NCBI RefSeq assembly: GCF_040938485.1
Contig: NW_027271266.1
Coordinates: forward strand, 434,001-498,000
Direction of reading: 5' to 3'
DNA: 64,000 nucleotides
DNA from: Diadema antillarum
Lineage: Eukaryota
The translations under genes and the position numbers were made by a program. How positions within the stretch are numbered: position 1 is the stretch's first letter; each line of letters begins with the position of its first letter. The notes under the pieces are model-generated. The model made no database searches. It was not told the origin of the DNA and worked only from the letters and a program-made list of their open reading frames with translations. Below are positions 62,361-64,000 of this stretch, in pieces.

Positions 62361-63339
62361 GAGCAAATTGATGTTCCATTCTTCAAGCCGCTCTTCCAAC
62401 TCTTCCAAAGAGTTTGGATATATATACCGACCAAAGAGGTGGTTCTATAATTGTAGCTGCATTTAAGAGGAAATGCCGAAATGGAGCTTGGTGGTGACAA
62501 CAAATTTTAGAGTTTCTTAAAATCTCCAGGACTAAAAAAAAAAGTTATTATCAATTCACAAAATGTTTACAGTCAACCATTTTTCGCATATTTTGTGCAT
62601 AGTATTGTGTGCACAGGCTCAGCAATTGCATTGTTAAACGTTCGGATTAAGTATAGCCAGCTATAACCGGCTAATGAATAGGCCTATGTCTGCGTCTTTA
62701 GTAACGTTTCCAGTTCGAAAAGTGCAATTTCTTTCCTGATTTCTACTAATGGGTCCTGTTCTTTTCCCACTAAATGATTGCTGCTAAAATATTGAAAGGG
62801 ACAGCGAATTGTTGCCATTTGCTCTCTCTCTCTCTAAGTTTGTTGCGATTTACGAATGTTGCCTTTTGAAACAGAAGTGTTCTTTTTTGCTCTAGCAATT
62901 GATTAACATCTGCTCTGCAGTATGCCCCCCCCCCCAAAAAAAAAAAATACAGTCGGAATTTCAATGTAAATAACTTTCAAAATAACTTTTAAAAATATCA
63001 ATGTTCTTTTAGGGTATGAGACAATAACTTCTTATCTACATCTTGCAGAAACCCCGTTCAATTTGGTTCAGTGGTCAATGAGAAATGTGGATCTTTGTAA
63101 AGCATGATGGTTGGTTTCTTCCAAGTTTAGCGTTTGGATGCTTGGCATCAATATATCTATTAAAGGAAATCTTTTGCTCCCAACTGACAGTGACTGACAG
63201 AGCAACTAACAAATTAATTCAAAATCTGTACATAGCATTACATCAAATATAAATATATAATATCCTAATATGTAAATATCATTGTTCATGATCATCTTGA
63301 TGAAAGACATTAAAAAAGAAAAGAAAAGTGAAACAGAAA

Positions 63340-63460
63340 ACGGACAATCCGTTTAAAAGTTATGAATTTTGGAGTTTAGTTTGGTGATGAGACGGCTAGA
63401 TCAGAAGATTATTACAGATTATGACATCACATGATATGCACTACGACATAAAGAGAATGT
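63340..63460 (+). mobile_element. fragment of family B Kolobok-type MITE
   Basis: CGGACAATCCGTTTAAAAGTTATGAATTTT...ATGACATCACATG matches the arms of the 6157 and 20155 elements. Confidence 0.55.
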
Positions 63461-64000
63461 GAGATTTTGGCTGGGCTTCTTCTCCTGTGTGAAGACACCT
63501 TATTTGTATCAATGGATATGCAACAATGCTGAGGACGTAACCACAACATGATGGCACAGCCCTCTGGAAGAGCAGTGTTAAATTTGAAGAGATAATACTT
63601 TCATAATGCATGGAAATAAAGACAATAAGATGCTCCCTGTCATCGCCTCATATTTTCTTCCTCTTCTCTTGACAAGTCAATGTCTTTTAACAACTAATTA
63701 TCTTTTATAATAGGCAGTGATAAGGCCGCAGGTGCATCAATCAATCTTTGTTCAGGCTATCTAGCCCCTCTGCATCTTGAATGTATTGTTTCTGTTGTTG
63801 CACAATGTTTTTGTATTTGAAAAAAAAAATGTGTTCTTTGCGATCTCATGGAAATTCAATTCCAGATATAAATGCATAATGACAGAGAAACCAAATAATC
63901 GAATTGATCGATAGATCAAATTCAATTGACAAAAACTGCTTCTTCAATGTTCCAGCATGATATGAGGAGCTATATATGGTTTGGGGGTAAAACCAATATG

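Overview
AT-rich, repeat-dense eukaryotic (metazoan) genomic DNA. The Deu-type tRNA SINE, TTAA/TA MITE families, GC3-rich exons in AT-rich introns and mosaic CpG depletion suggest an invertebrate deuterostome such as a sea urchin (inference). There is one 256-N gap (23856-24111). Three spliced genes were reconstructed by hand. (1) A minus-strand MATCAP/KIAA0895-family tubulin carboxypeptidase (4 coding exons, 38953-42242, HEIGTH zinc motif) with an apparent 1-nt deletion in exon 1 and three tiny uORFs. (2) A minus-strand type II membrane protein of about 517 aa (8 exons, 50441-59275) with an architecture I do not recognise: cytoplasmic tail, TM, S/T stalk, Frizzled CRD, EGF, EGF, Frizzled CRD, with no protease or 7TM part. 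(3) A plus-strand gene I cannot identify (exons found at 13249-24505; 5' part not found). Mobile elements include many Kolobok-type TTAA elements, TA-target and hAT/Harbinger/piggyBac-like MITEs, SINEs and CR1/L2 3' ends. A Helentron-associated (DINE/HINE-like) element carries seven perfectly conserved RFX X-box motifs at about 161-bp spacing. A Penelope-like retroelement with an inverted pseudo-LTR places a hammerhead-ribozyme-like motif in sense orientation in the last intron of the Frizzled-domain gene. All assignments are by eye; no database searches were run.
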